A stretch of 64,000 bases of DNA from assembly GCA_051294905.1 (NCBI GenBank), contig CM119372.1, positions 17,982,001-18,046,000 on the forward strand, written 5' to 3'. Source of the stretch: Botryllus schlosseri. Its lineage: Eukaryota. Of the stretch, positions 12,183-26,328 are shown piece after piece (positions within the stretch are counted from its first letter, which is position 1; each line of letters opens with the position of its first letter). Below the pieces are notes generated by a model, which had not been told where the DNA came from, ran no database searches, and saw nothing but the letters and a program-made list of their open reading frames with translations. The translations under genes and the position numbers were made by a program.

Positions 12183-13239
12183 CGCCTGAATTCGATCCCG
12201 TTTCTTATGCAATATCTTACTCTGCATACTGCAGATTTTTTTCGGGTGCAGCTCCTGGGTATTCACCGATCCACATCTCGGTAATGGGGAATAACAGAAC
12301 GTAGGCGTCGTTTGCGGTTTTGCGTGAGCATCTACTATCGAGTCACGAAACTGTCAAAATGATGAAACTTTTTTGTGCGTTTCTCAAATGGTGTCTAATA
12401 CCTCTCAGAAAGAGATGGCGGAATTAGTATAGCTATAGATGTGTAGTAGGGTCTGCTATTGATACAAATCACCAAAATTACAATCACAATTACGATGAAT
12501 GAAATTCAGTAAAATCTAACTACAATCGAGAAACATGTAATAGACTGACACCCCTCGTCTACGTTGTCGCTATAGCTACCCGAAGCTCAGTTCCATTATA
12601 GTCCCGTCCCGGAGAAGAACCCTTTGCCGCAATTCCTGTTTGGCGATGATGGAATTTACCGTCGGCTCTCGCTTGAAAAGTATGCATGCGCTTGCACACG
12701 AATCGATCGCACCATTTCGACTGGTCGAAATGAAATACAAATGACCGTTATCAAAATGATATTGAGAAATCGTTGAGCCTATACCCGATTGTTGAAATTT
12801 TGACAATCTGTTTAAAACGCATTGTATATTGCAGTGCTTTTCAACCTGTGGGATGGTACGCACTTGTGCAGATGAAAAAGGGCAGTGCGAATGACAGACA
12901 CTGTGAGAATGAGTACGGATGAAATTGAGCATATTTTTTTACTTTTTCTAACGTGAAATAATTCAAATAAACTTAGTGGGATATTGAGTACCGTGGCTCC
13001 ATAAATTTTGTCGTTGCTACACATTTGTAAGAACTTGTTGCATGTACGATGCACTGACACTGACCGTAGCTTTTACAATAATTATGGATCGCACAAGCCA
13101 GAGTCAACTATATAGGCTAAACCATAAAGTTCGATAGAGCTAAAGGGCTTAACACACAGTTAGGACAGTGTATCATGAAGGTGACAAGCTCTAATGTTCC
13201 CACGTTGCTTGATATTTTTTTAATCTTATATTTTAGCCA

Positions 13240-13610
13240 TCAGGCAGAAGCATTGAAAGCAAAGTTGTGGGTTTTGCATCCCTTCCAGAATCCTCCGGAA
13301 CCTTTTGGCCACGCTGATAAAATGATTTCCATCAGCAAGCATTGTTCAATCGCGGAAAATATGCTGTATTTTGGTTATGAGTTCTGATAGTTCTACTAAA
13401 GACCAGACCATCGAACCACTAGAATTTCTTGTACAAAACCCCACAACTTATCTGGCCGAAACGGGCTTTAGTGCACTAGTTGACATGAACAGGAGTTGTA
13501 TACTTAGTGAGACACTTGATGGCCTAACGCTTTAGGGCGAGAAGCTGTGCCTAACTGGTCTGGAATTACCAGAAATATTTAGCAGCAACCGAGATATTGA
13601 TAAATCGGTA
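13240..13610 (+). mobile_element. Degenerate hAT (Buster/ZBED-type) transposase C-terminal remnant
   Basis: Reads LKAKLWVLHPFQ ... PTTYLAETGFSALVDM, resembling the hAT dimerisation motif FPTTYLCExGFS. Interrupted by stops and frameshifts. Confidence 0.55.
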
Positions 13611-13777
13611 ACCTATAGGCTACTTCTTCGACAATCGAACAGAAATGTGTCTAGTCTCTTCATTTTCCTTTTGTGCAATAATTTTCGGATGGTTTGTTTG
13701 GATGAATTTTTTTTTTGCAAAATAGAAAGTGTGGATGGTTTTCAAAAAGATGGAAAAGCACTGGTATTGCATATGTG

Positions 13778-14046
13778 CAGAGGTGGCCAAGATAGTAATC
13801 CTGAGTACTCAAATAGAAGTATAAGTAACGTTGTAAATATCTAATCAAAGAAGTAGAAGTAGCGATTTCCAATAAAGTAAAATGTAAGTATTCTATATAG
13901 TCCTTAGTTATGCATAAAAACTGAAAACTGTTAAATAGATTTAAAAGTAATATAAAATCATAACCATTTCAGTAAGTATTGTAAGTGAGAAAAATCGACT
14001 TGAATATTTCGAAAAAGTACAAGTACTTCATCACTGACCACCTCCG
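13778..14046. mobile_element. Short hAT MITE, CAGAGGTGG family
   Basis: Ends CAGAGGTGGCCA / TGACCACCTCCG, TSD CATATGTG/CATATGAG, AGTAGAAGTA subterminal repeats. Confidence 0.75.
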
Positions 14047-14504
14047 CATATGAGGGTGTGAATATCGTATCTGATTCGTTTTGACTTTCAGCAGTTCTCA
14101 ACCTTCATGAATTGCATGGAAACTTGTCGAAGAGCTTTTCCACTGCGAATCAATAAAATCGACGGCTGCTAAAATAAAACATAACCGAACTATTATTTGC
14201 CGTTACTCGTAACGGCAGCTCGCGATATCTGTATCAAGTTGATTGCTTATAGGCAATAGACGGAATGTTCAACTACTAGAAGCATTATTCATTACGGTTG
14301 AATTTATGTTCACTTTATCTTATTTTCATATGGCCCCTATACTTGAAACTGGCACCAATCGTTATTTCTCAATTCTTTATTCAACCAACTCTGGAATCTA
14401 GCGACATAGCTATCCGCTTGCGCTTGCACTATGTAAGCGTGGGTTGCAGCTAAAATGAAAATCGTTGGGGGCAAGAAATCGTCTTATATAAAGTTGGGTA
14501 ATGG

Positions 14505-15863
14505 CAGAGGTGGTCAAAGTAGTCAAGAAAGCTACTCAAGTAGAAGTAGAAGTAGCGACGAAAAAATCTACTCAAGTACGAGTAGAAGTACTTCTTCCAT
14601 AAGCAAGCTAAAACTACTTGAAGTAGAAGTAGAATTGACTGACTTTAAAAGTACTCAAGTAAGTAAGTAGTTGTGAAAACGATCCTAATTCGTTCACATG
14701 GATTGTAAAATGGTGCAAATTAAGCTAAGCGAAAGGTGACGAGCTTGATTCATATTGATGCATACCAGCAGGCATCCAATTTTCGATAGCATAAGCATTC
14801 GTCCACATCATGGGAAGAAAATGATAGAATTGATATGGAAATGCGATACTTATCCTCTGTTTTCTCGAACAGCACGTTTTAGAAAATAGCATGGTATGGC
14901 GCCATCCCCCATATTATGAAGTTCGTAGTTTAGTCGAAGAGCAATACGAAGAAGTTGTCTAGGATCCGGTGTAGACACTTTGCGCGATTAGTAAACGTTA
15001 AAAAATATGGTGGTGGTGGACCGTAAAAATGCGATATTGTGTAGCTTTATTTCCGGAAATTAAAGGCATTACTATACACTTGCTTTTATAGCCTACTTCA
15101 ACATGCATGTTATCCAGACAAAATAACTGATTTTAATTATAACTCAAAGTATATCATACTGGGAATTGAAAATGAAACATAAATTCTACTTCTAAAAGCG
15201 GAACACGTTTTTCATGCCTTTAGTCCAGAAAGTTTCAAAGGTGGTATGCTAAAACAGCTCTAAAAACTAACAAAAAAATTTCAGAGTCCACTTTGCCAGG
15301 TTAGGACGCACCATGAACATGCTAGATTACGATATGACAATTAAATGCTAGATTGCGAAACATCGGTATCAAACGTTTTGATGATCCGTATATACCGTGA
15401 TGAATTATTTCATATGGGCGAAGGGGGATAATGTGGTGTGGACGCAGGGATATCTAGATATGTAATTCTAGATATCCCTGTGTGAACGGAACCACGCCAA
15501 CCCGCTACCTAAAATATATTCATCGATACTTCCGTGAAATCATACTGGTAACTCCGCATATCCATCATTGCGCGCGAAGCACGACGAAAATTCTGGGCTT
15601 TACTCAATTTTTATGAAAATTAAATGTTGATACTCCGTGAAAACAGCCCCGAAATTCCTCAGGCTATCCTCCTGATTGAAAGATTGAACTACTTCTACTT
15701 GACAAACTGAAAATAGCGAAAAGTAAGTAAGTAGATCACCATATAATACGAAGTAGAAGTAGAAGTAGCGAAAATCAGATGTACTTGAGTAAGTACCAGA
15801 AGTAGAGGATAACTACTTGAGTACTTCGAAAAAGTAGAAGTACTTCGTTACTGACCACCTCTG
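14505..15863. mobile_element. 1.36-kb hAT non-autonomous element, CAGAGGTGGTCA family
   Basis: TIR CAGAGGTGGTCA / TGACCACCTCTG with an exact 8-bp TSD GGTAATGG. Homologous along its length to 39274-40580. Confidence 0.92.
15445..15480. mobile_element. 36-bp TIR-only micro-MITE
   Basis: CAGGGATATCTAGA-tatgtaat-TCTAGATATCCCTG with TSD TGTGGACG/TGTGAACG. Absent at the homologous position (about 40210) of the sister element. Confidence 0.8.
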
Positions 15864-18800
15864 GGTAATGGTTATATCGTGACGTAACAATAAAAAGGAC
15901 GTCACATATAAAAATAATTTTTCTCTCTCGTGAGGCCTTCTTATCCCAATCGTTATATTGTGTTCCAATGTGTTCATGAAACTGTTTAACTGTTTAAGGT
16001 TCAAGAGTCAAGAACCAAAATAAATGCAATCGTGAGTAATAGTGATTACTTTTACATGTAATCGCGATCGACTACATCGAGATTTTGTAGCAATCGTAAT
16101 CGCAATCGATTCCTTCATGTATAGGCCTACTAGCCATCACCCCATGTCTGATTGCTTACATTACAATATCTGCAGGACAGCGCTGAAAAACAATGTTTGT
16201 AACTACAACCTCCCCATCAGCTTTATTGAAAAGTTGCAATCCGATAGACAAAGAGCAATCCAACACGCTTTCACGATCATTTTACCACGGTCGGCTCAGG
16301 TTGGCACCAAACGGTCACTGATCGTACTAATTCAGTCTTTCACTGGCTCTTGACAACACTCAATTGTTTACGGTAAAGCTAAATTAATTCAAAATCGCGT
16401 ACGAAGTTCGGGCTTGGAATGCAGTTTCTACAGGTCAAGTGATGTGAATTTGTTGAGTATGAATGTGAACTTGACATGACGTGACGAAATTGTTGCACCG
16501 CAGATGTGTTGCATATGAATTTACCATTCTCAAGGAACCAATCGCTTCAAAATTTTTGCTGTCCGACACGGCATGACATTGTTTTCTAGCATTATCGGCA
16601 GCACTGTGATTCTCCCGCATATAATACACGCGTATCCTATAGGCCTACTGTTACAAATGTATGAAAATGCGGACATACGTAAATGTTCGGAATGATTGCT
16701 TGTTGCATAACCTACCATCACGTGCCATGCTAGACAGACATTGCTATGCGGTGGGGCAGTATGTTTCCACTACGTATATAGGCTACTCTACTGTAAACGC
16801 TCCTACGCAATATTGCAGTATACTCCTCTACATTCCAAAAATATAACAACGTACGTCTCGACTGCTGGTGGTAATGATAATGAAACAAACAATCGGATTT
16901 CGTCATCAATCTTATTTAACACCGTGTCGTATTCTCGTGAAATTGATCTGAAATTTGTCATGGCATCAATACATATGAAGAGAATATCTAAATATGTAAG
17001 TGGATCAAGTGTTTTCGAGGAGAGAACAACAAAATCTTCGGACTGATAGTGAGCAGTTCACTCCACTACCAAACCAAGTTCACGGACGCTGTGTCGTCAT
17101 CTTAGTCTGCGATCGCAAGCCATTGTAACGGTGGCATCGTTTCCTGCAACAACAAACCTTTGGAAAGAAAATAATTGCTTGGAACTTGTAATAACACTTT
17201 TAGCATCACAATGACGAATACTCAACAGTCAAATTCCCCATTTCATTCGCAATGACAATGATGCGTTCCAATCTCTATATAGTCGCAATGTGTAAAAGAT
17301 GGCGTAAACGTGAAGTGCACGTTCGCGTTCGGTGTGTGAACCTCAGATATTTGGATGTTCGTGTTCACAAACGAACCTTGGTAGGTTCTACGCAACTGTG
17401 AACCTTTTATAGAAAATACAATAATTTAAGTTACGTCAACACATCAACATCTTTGGTTGAAATCATTACCATTTCAACTTCGGGTCACTCTCGGCATGTC
17501 GATGGCGACATGGAGTGGATTTAGCACAAAAGTATAATGCACATTGTCAGTTTCAAACATTTTATTCGCCGTGTTAGAATTGTGTGATTGAAATATTCAT
17601 ATTTTCCGTTCGTAAATATTTAAGACACTCTTGGGTCATCGATGTTAGCTTGTACCGCAATAACACAATATCATGTGAATATTACAATACATGTAGGAAG
17701 CAGGTAATAAGCGAACTGCGCAGGTTGAATCAATCAATTGGCAATTCAACGAAATTGATGAGGAGAATGTATCGTTGTCTAAGGCAAAAAGTTGTGGTGC
17801 ATGTACGCATTCAGATATATCCCTCGAACTGGGGCAAAAGACGCATTACAATAATAGGCCTACTATATTCCCTTCGAAAATGACGAATATAATAGCGAAA
17901 CTTAAAACAATCAATCCGGATTGATGTTAGCTTCCACATGCAGGGTCCAGAATCCAAGCTTATATCCATCGATCGTAATAAATATGCACATTGCACATAG
18001 TCTTCTTGATACAATTGTACATCACAGCGCACCCTTTGTAAAGGTTCGTATTCACACGAACCATAACCTCTCAAGCCTTCCCACCATCCCTAATATGGTT
18101 ATGACTTCGATCATGATTTGTTCGGGCAAATATCGTAATAACTGTTCCACATTTGTATCAAACCCATATCTGAAATCACATCACACCTAATTCCACTTAG
18201 ATCAGTGGTTTTTGACCGGCGTTCCGTGGACTTCATGCCCAAACAATGGTTGTAAAGCTGCTCGAATATAGGCCGTAAAGATCTTCTTGGAGGTACACAA
18301 CTTTAATGTACAATTGAATGGTATATTCATATTGAAATAAACCCGAATAGTTTCGTCTGACACTCGCCAGGGGTCATCGTCAGTAACTTGAAATTTGGCA
18401 CGCTGCACACGAAAGGTTGCCGAGTGCCGACCCGTGGTATATACCATTTTTAAAATTAAAATGACGTTTCCTAATTTCTGAAAATGTTGAAAAATGGGGG
18501 TTTGTTTGAGGGTGGTATGGATTTCGAAGAGGGATACGGTGGATAAAAGGTTGGGAACTCCTGTTGTAAACAAACCAATTGCTCCGCAGGCTTATAGTAT
18601 ATCCGCTTCTATGGAGATATGGCGGTTTCGAGGCTTAGTTTTTTTGTTACGTAGTCAGATGCTGTCCACAGGTTAATTGGAGATTTTTAATCATTTGCGA
18701 CTTTTCACATCATATCCACCGCTCTATCACATCTGCAAGAAGCAATACGTTTTACCTGCAACCAGGCATTCACGAATGACCAGATGTGTCGTGCTTCATA

Positions 18801-19071
18801 TAGCAGCAGCAAATATTCAAATGAGAGATATGTAGTGTAGGTAACCTAACTGGCAGCCCGTCGCATGAATCAGAAGTAGCTCTTGGCTTCAGAAAGGTTG
18901 GCGACCACTGGTTACTATGTTCTTTCTATCGGCCTTACAGTTGCCGGAGTTGCCATTTGCGCCGAAGCTTCATACGTCTTGGTGTGTCCTGCGGCGGAAT
19001 TTATGGTCGGGTCCGAAATATCGGTGCCTAATAGCCTTGCAACAACAGGTTGCACGGCATACACCCTAGCG

Positions 19072-19482
19072 CAGTGGTTCCCAACGTGGGCGATTTTGAG
19101 AAAGAAGGGGGTCATATGGGGCGAAAATGTTATAGTTAGAACGTCAAGTGATATATATTCAATTAACCGCCAACCAGTCACGGAAAAATTTTGCTACGTG
19201 AAAAGTTGCTTATTCTGTAACTATCCCGAAAGTTGACTGAATAAAAGTGAAGTGGTCGTGGAAACCTGTTTTCCGAGCACCGTCTCGCAAATATTAATGA
19301 CCTTTTTTCTAGTCAATTCACCAGCGATCAGAGTCGAATGTATAAATTTCCTGTTTATATGTTCTCTTTTTTGGATCTCAAAATACTAATTTATTTATTT
19401 TTTATTTTTATTTTTTGTGGGAGCGAAAATTTGTGTCGAGCTTGATAAGTCGAAATGAGTGGAACAAAGTTGGGAACCACTG
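19072..19482. mobile_element. hAT MITE
   Basis: TIR CAGTGGTTCCCAAC / GTTGGGAACCACTG, TSD CCCTAGCG/CCCTAGCC. Confidence 0.85.
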
Positions 19483-19840
19483 CCCTAGCCTATGCATCCC
19501 AACAGCCTCAAACGAGACTAGAAATATACCGTTCGAAAACAGTTTGACGAACTTCTTCAAATGCGTATGCTTGATTCGTTTTTAATATTACTATTATTTC
19601 GCGAGATGTTATCTATAGTATATTAAAATAAAATAAAAACCATTGAGATGAAATCACGCACCGTGCGAAGAAGATCTTCGTTTCCCAGATTCTATTCGAC
19701 TTTTGTTCGTTTGTGAAATAATTTTGGGTTCTAGATAGCACATCGTATATAATTCCACAATACAGTTCGTACCCCCTGCTTTGAATATTCGTATTCTCAA
19801 AGAGTCCGCGGACCCCTGGTTAAGAATCCATGCCCTAGGG

Positions 19841-20631
19841 CAGGGGTGTCAAAATCTTCTTGGGTCGCGAATTGGATTCAAACATTTTGATCACTCACAG
19901 GTCGGACCAGTCAAATGATTCAAAAATTTTACTTCCATATCCATACTTTTTTTCATTGGAATGCGTTATTATCAAGGCTTATTGTCCTATACATTATATT
20001 ACGGTTCGTATGACTCTATAGGAACACTGTCACTCGCGACCAACAACGGAATTGGCAAAAATACCATGATTGACCGATTGAATGTAATTATAAACCACTA
20101 AACAGTGACACCGACGACGATATAATTTGACATATTTATATACCCCCTTTGCTTTAGTCATGATGCGACGTTGGCCCTGCGTTCATTATTTTTAAATCCC
20201 CTCCGGGTCTCTCTAGCGCTAGGGGCCTTTTTGGTCAGAATAAGGTATACAACGGTGCGACCAACGACATCTGAATTATATTCTTCGTTTAACTATTATA
20301 TTCGCCATGGACCTTACATAAAACGGTTTCGCATTGGCATTTTCGTTTCTTTGAATAACTAATTCTGGTCCATTTTCCAGAAAACTTTGAACCGAGAGTG
20401 CACTTGTTTCTCTTCTCGGAATGTGGTGTCAATGTCACCGACTTGTTTTTAGTGGAATCTTCAGTCAAAACTCAACGCACTACCGTCGGATGCTTATAAT
20501 GTAGCATATGAACAATGAACATATGTTCGACTTTTTTGATCTTGACAGATTATCTACTTTAAAGTATTTAGTCAGAATTGCCTCGCGGGCCAGATTAAAT
20601 CGTCTGGCAGGCCGTATGTTTGACACCCCTG
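19841..20631. mobile_element. hAT MITE
   Basis: TIR CAGGGGTGTCAAA / TTTGACACCCCTG with an exact TSD CCCTAGGG. Confidence 0.88.
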
Positions 20632-22292
20632 CCCTAGGGCGCACCAAAATTGTTAAATGGTGTACCACAGGAGTATCAAACATATATGGCTTGCGCGCCA
20701 CATCCCTCCCGCCAGACGATTTCATCTGTCCCGAAAAGCAATTCTGAGTAGATAGGAAAATACTTGTATCATCCAGCACATTTCTGACAAATGTTTGGGT
20801 TTTTAGTTAGAAATCCTTCCATTATATAATACTTCAAGACACCAAATGTTGAGTTATGTTTGTAGTCCGCTTTATAACCAGCCAACAGCGGTAATATGGT
20901 TTTACTCTAGTTACCATTAGGAACCAAGTCACTGACATGACATCCGATTCCGAAAAGTAGTTCTTCTCAGAAGCGAAAACGCAACTGCGAAACCGCTATT
21001 CGCAAGCTATATCTGGAGAATAAAATAGTCACACAATCATAATTCAAACATATGTTGTCGCACCTCTGTATCAGTTCTTACTCAAAAGATCCCCGGCCTC
21101 CACATAAACCCGATTCGCGAATTAATACTGATGAGCCAAATTCCAACGTGCGCGTTTATTGGAGTTAAATCTCTTGTATTACTCGTAGCGCATACCCAAC
21201 CACCCAGGGCTAACGGCAGATTACGACTAAAACAAAAAGAGCATAGAAATATGCCTGCTAACATCGTCATTAGAGCCACTGTTTTAACGGTTTATAACTA
21301 GGGCAAGTTTTTGCAACTTTTGCAACTATTTTTACTACTTCCGGCAGCTTCCAACATACTCAGAAGATATATAGTATGGTGTTTTAACCTGTTTGGAAGG
21401 ATCTTATATTGCAGCTTTCTGCAACTTTTCTTCATTTTTCATGCATATATTTGCAACTTCTTCGATCTTTCAGGCAAGTTTTTTGCAAGTTTTTTCGATT
21501 TTTTATGCACCTAACTTTTTACTGGAAATATTTTGGACTATATGTCAATCAACCGCGTGATTATTTTATTGTCGCTTAAATTTGAGGCCATTTCTGATTT
21601 GACGTACATTAAGGCTAGACCGCCGAAAAATATATTTTCACTCGGTCAATCTTTTCAGGCTATTGATTTTTTTGAATTCGCCTATACATTGGGTTCTGCT
21701 ACAGTGCCTTGGATACGGAACGATTCGAGTATCTCATACCTTAATAATTTCAAGGAACTTGTCCATAAATGCAACTTTTCAATGCAGCTTTTATGAAAAA
21801 TAAATGTAACTTTTTACAGCCACTTTTATACAAAATAAATGCAACTTTTCACCGATTTGACTGCAACAAAAACTAAACTTGCCCTAACCTTGTGCAACCG
21901 GCCAATCATCGGACTTTTGCTAACGCGATTGTTTGCGAATATAATGGTGTTACTAGAATAGAACCCCTATGATCCGTAATATAATGTAATCTACTATCAC
22001 GTACACAGGCTTGATAATAATATATTCATATGAGAACACGGGTACGGATTTTTAGGTAACAATTTGAAATTTGACAACAATTTGGCTGGTCCAGCCCGCG
22101 AGCGATCTGACGGTTTGAATCACTGACGGTTTGACACATAGCCTACATAGGGTATCACTTTGATGGGGTTTATTTGGGTGTGCTAGATAGAGCATCACAA
22201 TAGGCCGGTCACAAGCTATCACATTATAGGCAAGTGTATGCTTTAGGACATGTCGACTGTATGTATGGTACAATATTTATCTCAAATATATA

Positions 22293-23674
22293 CAGGGTTG
22301 CCATACCGTCCTTATTTCTAAGATTTGTCCTTATTTTGAAGAGTCACGCCTTAGAAAACTCAGCTGTCCTTATTTCTAAGACATGTCCTTATTTTCGACT
22401 TGCGTCCTTATTTTCAACCACTACAGAACTTTGATCGTTTTCCTCTGGTATCTGTGTTGCACATTACTCTATAGTTATGCTTTCGCGTCGAGTTTTTATG
22501 ACATCATAAATGAAAGGAACTCTCGTGTCGTACACACCGCAAGATTTGACTTCCAAGTGGTGAGATAGCTGGGGCAGTGAGTGGTGGTATAGCAGTTTCG
22601 TCTGTACCAAGCTACCGCAGCGGACGTCATTTTAGCAGTAAACAGCAGTACCAGGTGTCTGGTCTTTGGTCTACAACAGAATAAGCTCAAGCTGTGGGGA
22701 AGGCAGAATTTATTGCGTAGTGCAAAAGGCGCATTGCAGTCGACACATTGGTTGAACAGCAGTAAAGCTATAAATCATTAATAAATTTATCTAAATTATA
22801 TTGCACTTACGCATATAGTTTAACTACTAATATCGCTAAATCTGATTAGTTAAAATGAGCAGGCGTAAAAACGATTTTCGTAACAATTACGAGAGAGAAT
22901 TCAAAGATATCTAACGAAGCTTTGAAGGCGAGTGTTTCGCACATTGAAATATCTGCAATTGGGACATTAACCTCGAGGCCATGGGAAAGACTGCTATTTC
23001 AACTCACATTGGCACCCCAAAACACAAGAAGCGTGTCATAATAATTAATTTGAGCCAGTCGATGAATAATTTTTTCACAAGTCGATCAACACTAACGACC
23101 ACAGACTACAAGGCAGCTGCTGCAGAGGGTATCCGGGCATTCCATACTGTCAAACACCAGTAATCATTCCTCGCCAATAATTCCACATCGCAATTGTTCA
23201 AAGCAATTTTCCCCGATTCCAACATCGCAAATAGGTTTCTTCGGCCAGGACCAAGATTACAAGCATTGTTATCGGAATTCTTGCTCCACACGCCCGTAAA
23301 ATGATTTTGTCTAAACTTGGTGCAGAGCCTTCCTTTTTCCATCTTGGTTGACGCCCCTAATCATAACGAGATGAAGAAGTTTGGTTTATCACCCTATGGA
23401 TGGGGGCGGCAAGATCAACGTTTTTTTAGGGGGGAGCTGACGAAGTGGTGTTTCGGCCTTGAGTAAAGGTAAACCTAGACCTGAGCTATCGTGAAATCCA
23501 TGAAACACTTTCTAATAACCAGGAGATGCTGGAGCAGATTGTTTCTGTCGAAAAGTATGGAATGTGATGTACCACGGCTAGCATAAATACGAAGTATGTA
23601 CAAAAACGCTTTTTTCATGCTAATCTAATTTTTCGACTGTCCTTATTTTTGGGTCGATGTCGATGGCAACCCTG
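22293..23674 (+). mobile_element. Internally deleted hAT transposon with a transposase N-terminal remnant
   Basis: TIR CAGGGTTGCCAT / ATGGCAACCCTG with an exact TSD AATATATA. The degraded frame at about 22855-23390 reads GKTAISTHIGTPKHKK...AAAEGIRAFHTVKHQ*SF...LFKAIFPDSNIA. The element is absent from the first duplication unit (about 5275). Confidence 0.85.
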
Positions 23675-25104
23675 AATATATACGAGGCTTGTAAACTACA
23701 TTCTATTTGTGATATCATATGCAAATGTTTCTCTTAATAATTATGATATAACCTTTAGGAAAGATTCCTCTTGGAGTAGAACTCGGTTGAGTTAACATGT
23801 GTTTAACTTGCGACCTCTCTCTGCCTTTAGTGCAATATGCATGAATGCCATACATTAAAAGTTACAGTTTTCCAGCCTAGTTTGGTTTTGCTGCATATGG
23901 ACATAATGTTTATTTGCTGGAGCAATAGGATTGGATTATTAATACGCTCATTTCCCCCGCTTCAAAGTACATCGATATTTCTTGATCTAAAGAGTGAATA
24001 AATGTCACAAGGTCGATAAGTACAGCACCGCAACACGTCAGGAAGTCTGCCGAGGCGATGATAGCCGCAGTGACAATTGTTTCCTGTTCAGAACAATTAT
24101 GCGTCTAACTTAGTCCACTGCAGCTATATCTTTCGCAGAATACGCTTCTTGCATATCACGTTGATTTTCAGTGCATGTGTTTCAGGGTGTTAGCTATAGT
24201 CAGAGAGCGCGCATAATTATGCTGGGCGAGCCTGGTACAGATTTTGGTGAAGTAGCTCAGCAGTAGTGGTCCGGCGTGATCAGGCTGCTGTTGCGTTAGC
24301 GACAGGTCTATTGTGAGCGTTGTCTTGCTACAGACTTATTTTTATTTCCGAGCCTGGCGCACCTCCAAGTCGAAATTAATATTTTGACTATAGAATCTCA
24401 GTAAAACATCACTTGACAAGCAGCATAAATCTATTCATTTCAGATTTGTTCGAAATGGATGACAACTTCCAATGCATGATTGGTGTACAATGTCTTTAAT
24501 CAACTGCTATGTACGATGGAGTGGCGAAATTCGGTGACGGACCATCGCCTCATGAAGCTCAATACACAGTGCGCTTTCGACACGCTGATGAATGCAACTT
24601 TCTACCAAAGTGAAGGAAACTTGAGCGGAATTTTTTAGGAGGTGTGATACAGTTCAATATGGGCTTGGCTAGCAGCCAACAGAATTAAGAGTGCACGTAT
24701 ATTTACAGACTATACGGTCATTTTGAAGTTCTGACTCAGGTCTTATAACCGACGCTTTGCCAATAATGCCATCCCTATTCTATTCAATATAACCTATACT
24801 CGGAGTCTTGCCGTACCTTCAGTAGTAGTGACGTGGCGCAAGGGCGTTTCTAATAAATCAACGTTCTGGCGTGTAATTATCGTGTGAAATCACAAACTCA
24901 ACTTTGCCAAATCATGGTACGATGCCACATATTTACAAAACCCGCATATTAGTAAATATAACAATGTCAAACGGATAGGCCTATAGAGCAGAAAAATAGA
25001 CTTTATTGTGAAAATATTTTGGCTAAATTTTTAGATTAAGTAGAATGTGTGTAATAAATATTAAATATATAAATAATTTTGATATTTGGATCCCATCACT
25101 GTAG

Positions 25105-26328
25105 TCATCTTCGGGCCTTGGCAAGCAGCCGAACCCTTTCTTTGAGTCGATAGCCTTTGGGAGTCAATGCGCAACTGGAAATGAAAATAATTCGGTTTCA
25201 TGATTGACCTGAAATCGTCTCTGAAATATTCCAAAACATTCTGCTCCAACATGTAGTTTCCTATACTGGTACGAGACACTGAATTCTATATATACGGAAA
25301 AATTTCATGTCCTATGAACATGAACATAGACTAATTTGAGTCGTGTTGCTGTGCCGATTATTCATAACTAACATTTAGTACTTCAATTGTAGATAGGCCT
25401 ACTTGCAAGGAGTTTGTAGCTTTAAAAAAGCGTAACGTGACCAACCTGCATCCGATAACGTTTCTTAGATGATACGTTTCTTCGCCGATGAGAAAGGGCA
25501 TGATATAAGATATCTCGCGGACTTGAAAGTACATCCGTTTGAGAATTCTTTCCGTGAGGGGGCTGGTGCACCATTGTTCGCACTGGATGAACTCGAAAGC
25601 TGATGGTGTCACACCAGCACAGTCAACTCTGAAATATTGATACGATTACTTATAGTCACATTGAGGAATAAAGACTCTAGGGTAGAGTTAAAATCATGCT
25701 CCAAGTATGTGGATTGTGGACAGTAAGCCGTGCGCATGTTAAATTGTGCACTGTGCCGCGATGCTGTCATATCCAGATTTTAAGACGACACATTATCCAC
25801 GTCTGTTAGATTGATCAATGATCAATTATGGTTCATGAATTATGTTTCGGTCAATTGCTGTTTCGGCTTTGCCTATCCCTGTGATAAAGCGACGGTCAAA
25901 ATTCCAAGGAAAAAATTCAAACCAAGCTCACTGATAAGTGCAGTGTCGAACGAACTCGCCGTGCTCACATTCCTTTTGTGTCAATTCGCATCTCAGACCT
26001 TGGGACTCCACAAACCTAAAATTCGAAATAGCCCATGGAAAACTGTATTTACGCCTTCACTGTTTAGCTCAATTACAGTGCAATACATTGCCAGGGGTTC
26101 TCAACCAAACAATTGGAATGTATGCTTGCACCTCGTGTAGCATAACTCACAGTATAGGCTACCTACCGAATAGATGGGGACGTGAAGTTTTTTTCTTCGT
26201 TAATTCCATATGCTCCAGTGGAACACGCAACCCAAGTCATTATTACGAGAGCCATAATCTGTAAATCGTGAATGGTAGTTCAAAGCATAGTAAATAGTCA
26301 ATTAACGGCGATGACTTACCTCCATCAT
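25105..26328 (-). CDS. Secreted divergent IL-17-like cystine-knot protein, paralog B (145 aa, 5 exons)
   Basis: Exons 26328-26320, 26258-26167, 26015-25932, 25628-25446 and 25174-25105 are GT-AG with the same phases as paralog A. Protein: MMEIMALVIMTWVACSTGAYG-INEEKNFTSPSIRFVESQGLRCELTQKECEHGEFVRHCTYQVDCAGVTPSAFEFIQCEQWCTSPLTERILKRMYFQVREISYIMPFLIGEETYHLRNVIGCSCALTPKGYRLKERVRLLAKARR*. Indels relative to A preserve the frame. Confidence 0.8.

Noticed and set aside
12105..12335. Apparent coding similarity upstream of paralogs A and B
   Set aside because: Both copies contain in-frame stops and include the TATA box. This is promoter and 5' UTR conserved by duplication.
14455..14670. Ser/Arg-rich 71-aa ORF
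   Set aside because: It is the translation of AGTAGAAGTA subterminal repeats of a hAT element.
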